DNA of 62,804 nt, the filler included, from Sphacelaria rigidula (taxonomy: Eukaryota), in the NCBI GenBank assembly GCA_964200075.2. It is 6 parts of 6 records of this genome, joined end to end, with 100 filler letters (N's around TTAATTAATTAA, not from the genome) between each part and the next. Parts side by side here need not be neighbours in the genome. Positions count along the whole stretch, not along the records: positions 52,423 to 62,804 come from CAXNAA020006604.1; 5 more parts are not named here. One strand, written 5' to 3'. A program made the position numbers and the translations under genes. How positions within the stretch are numbered: the stretch's first letter is position 1; every line of letters starts with the position of its first letter. The notes below the pieces were generated by a model. The model was not told the DNA's origin. It worked only from the letters and a program-made list of their open reading frames with translations, and ran no database searches. Shown in pieces: positions 62,601-62,804 of this stretch.

Positions 62601-62804
62601 TGTGCTCCGGATGATATCATTGGGCAATACGGGGAAGGTACGAAGAACACGAATGGGGTAGAAATGCTCAAGTTCCTTGAGCATAACGAGACAAGACTGA
62701 ACGATAGAGTACCAAAGCCAAAGGCGCAATGGACATGGTCGAGGCAGTGCAAAGGAAAGATAGAACGCTCCGTTCCTGACTAGATAGTGGTAGAGCATGG
62801 AAGT
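62601..62804 (+). mobile_element. LINE APE-endonuclease fragment
   Basis: IIGQYGEGTKNTNGVEMLKFL...LNDR...WTW...SVPD*IVV matches the G..G....N.NG..L..F...N...TW...IDY region of non-LTR endonucleases. Confidence 0.7.

Overview
Eukaryotic, intron-rich and repeat-rich DNA, most likely from a brown alga or related photosynthetic stramenopile (inferred from bipartite ASAFAP-type plastid presequences, multi-kb introns and a flagellar radial-spoke gene). The window is not one locus. It is six contigs (10386, 10385, 10384, 10384, 10383 and 10382 bp, in descending length) joined by artificial 100-nt N44-TTAATTAATTAA-N44 spacers, so adjacency across spacers means nothing. Supportable host genes, all partial: plastid ATP sulfurylase (3 exons, minus), RSPH9 (2 exons, plus), a PLAC8-family Cys-rich protein (terminal exon, plus) and a plastid-targeted Rossmann-like protein (2 exons, minus). 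The rest is mostly decayed mobile DNA: a Ty3/Gypsy pol relic whose integrase seems to end in chromo-like plus Tudor-like modules, a nested RTE-type LINE, tRNA-derived SINEs, solo-LTR-like units, a 98-bp TTAA/TTGA-flanked MITE family that also forms tandem arrays, nested TIR elements and several long palindromes. I found no intact novel multi-gene system. The best leads are transposon biology and intronic hairpins. All family assignments come from motif recognition by eye, not database searches.
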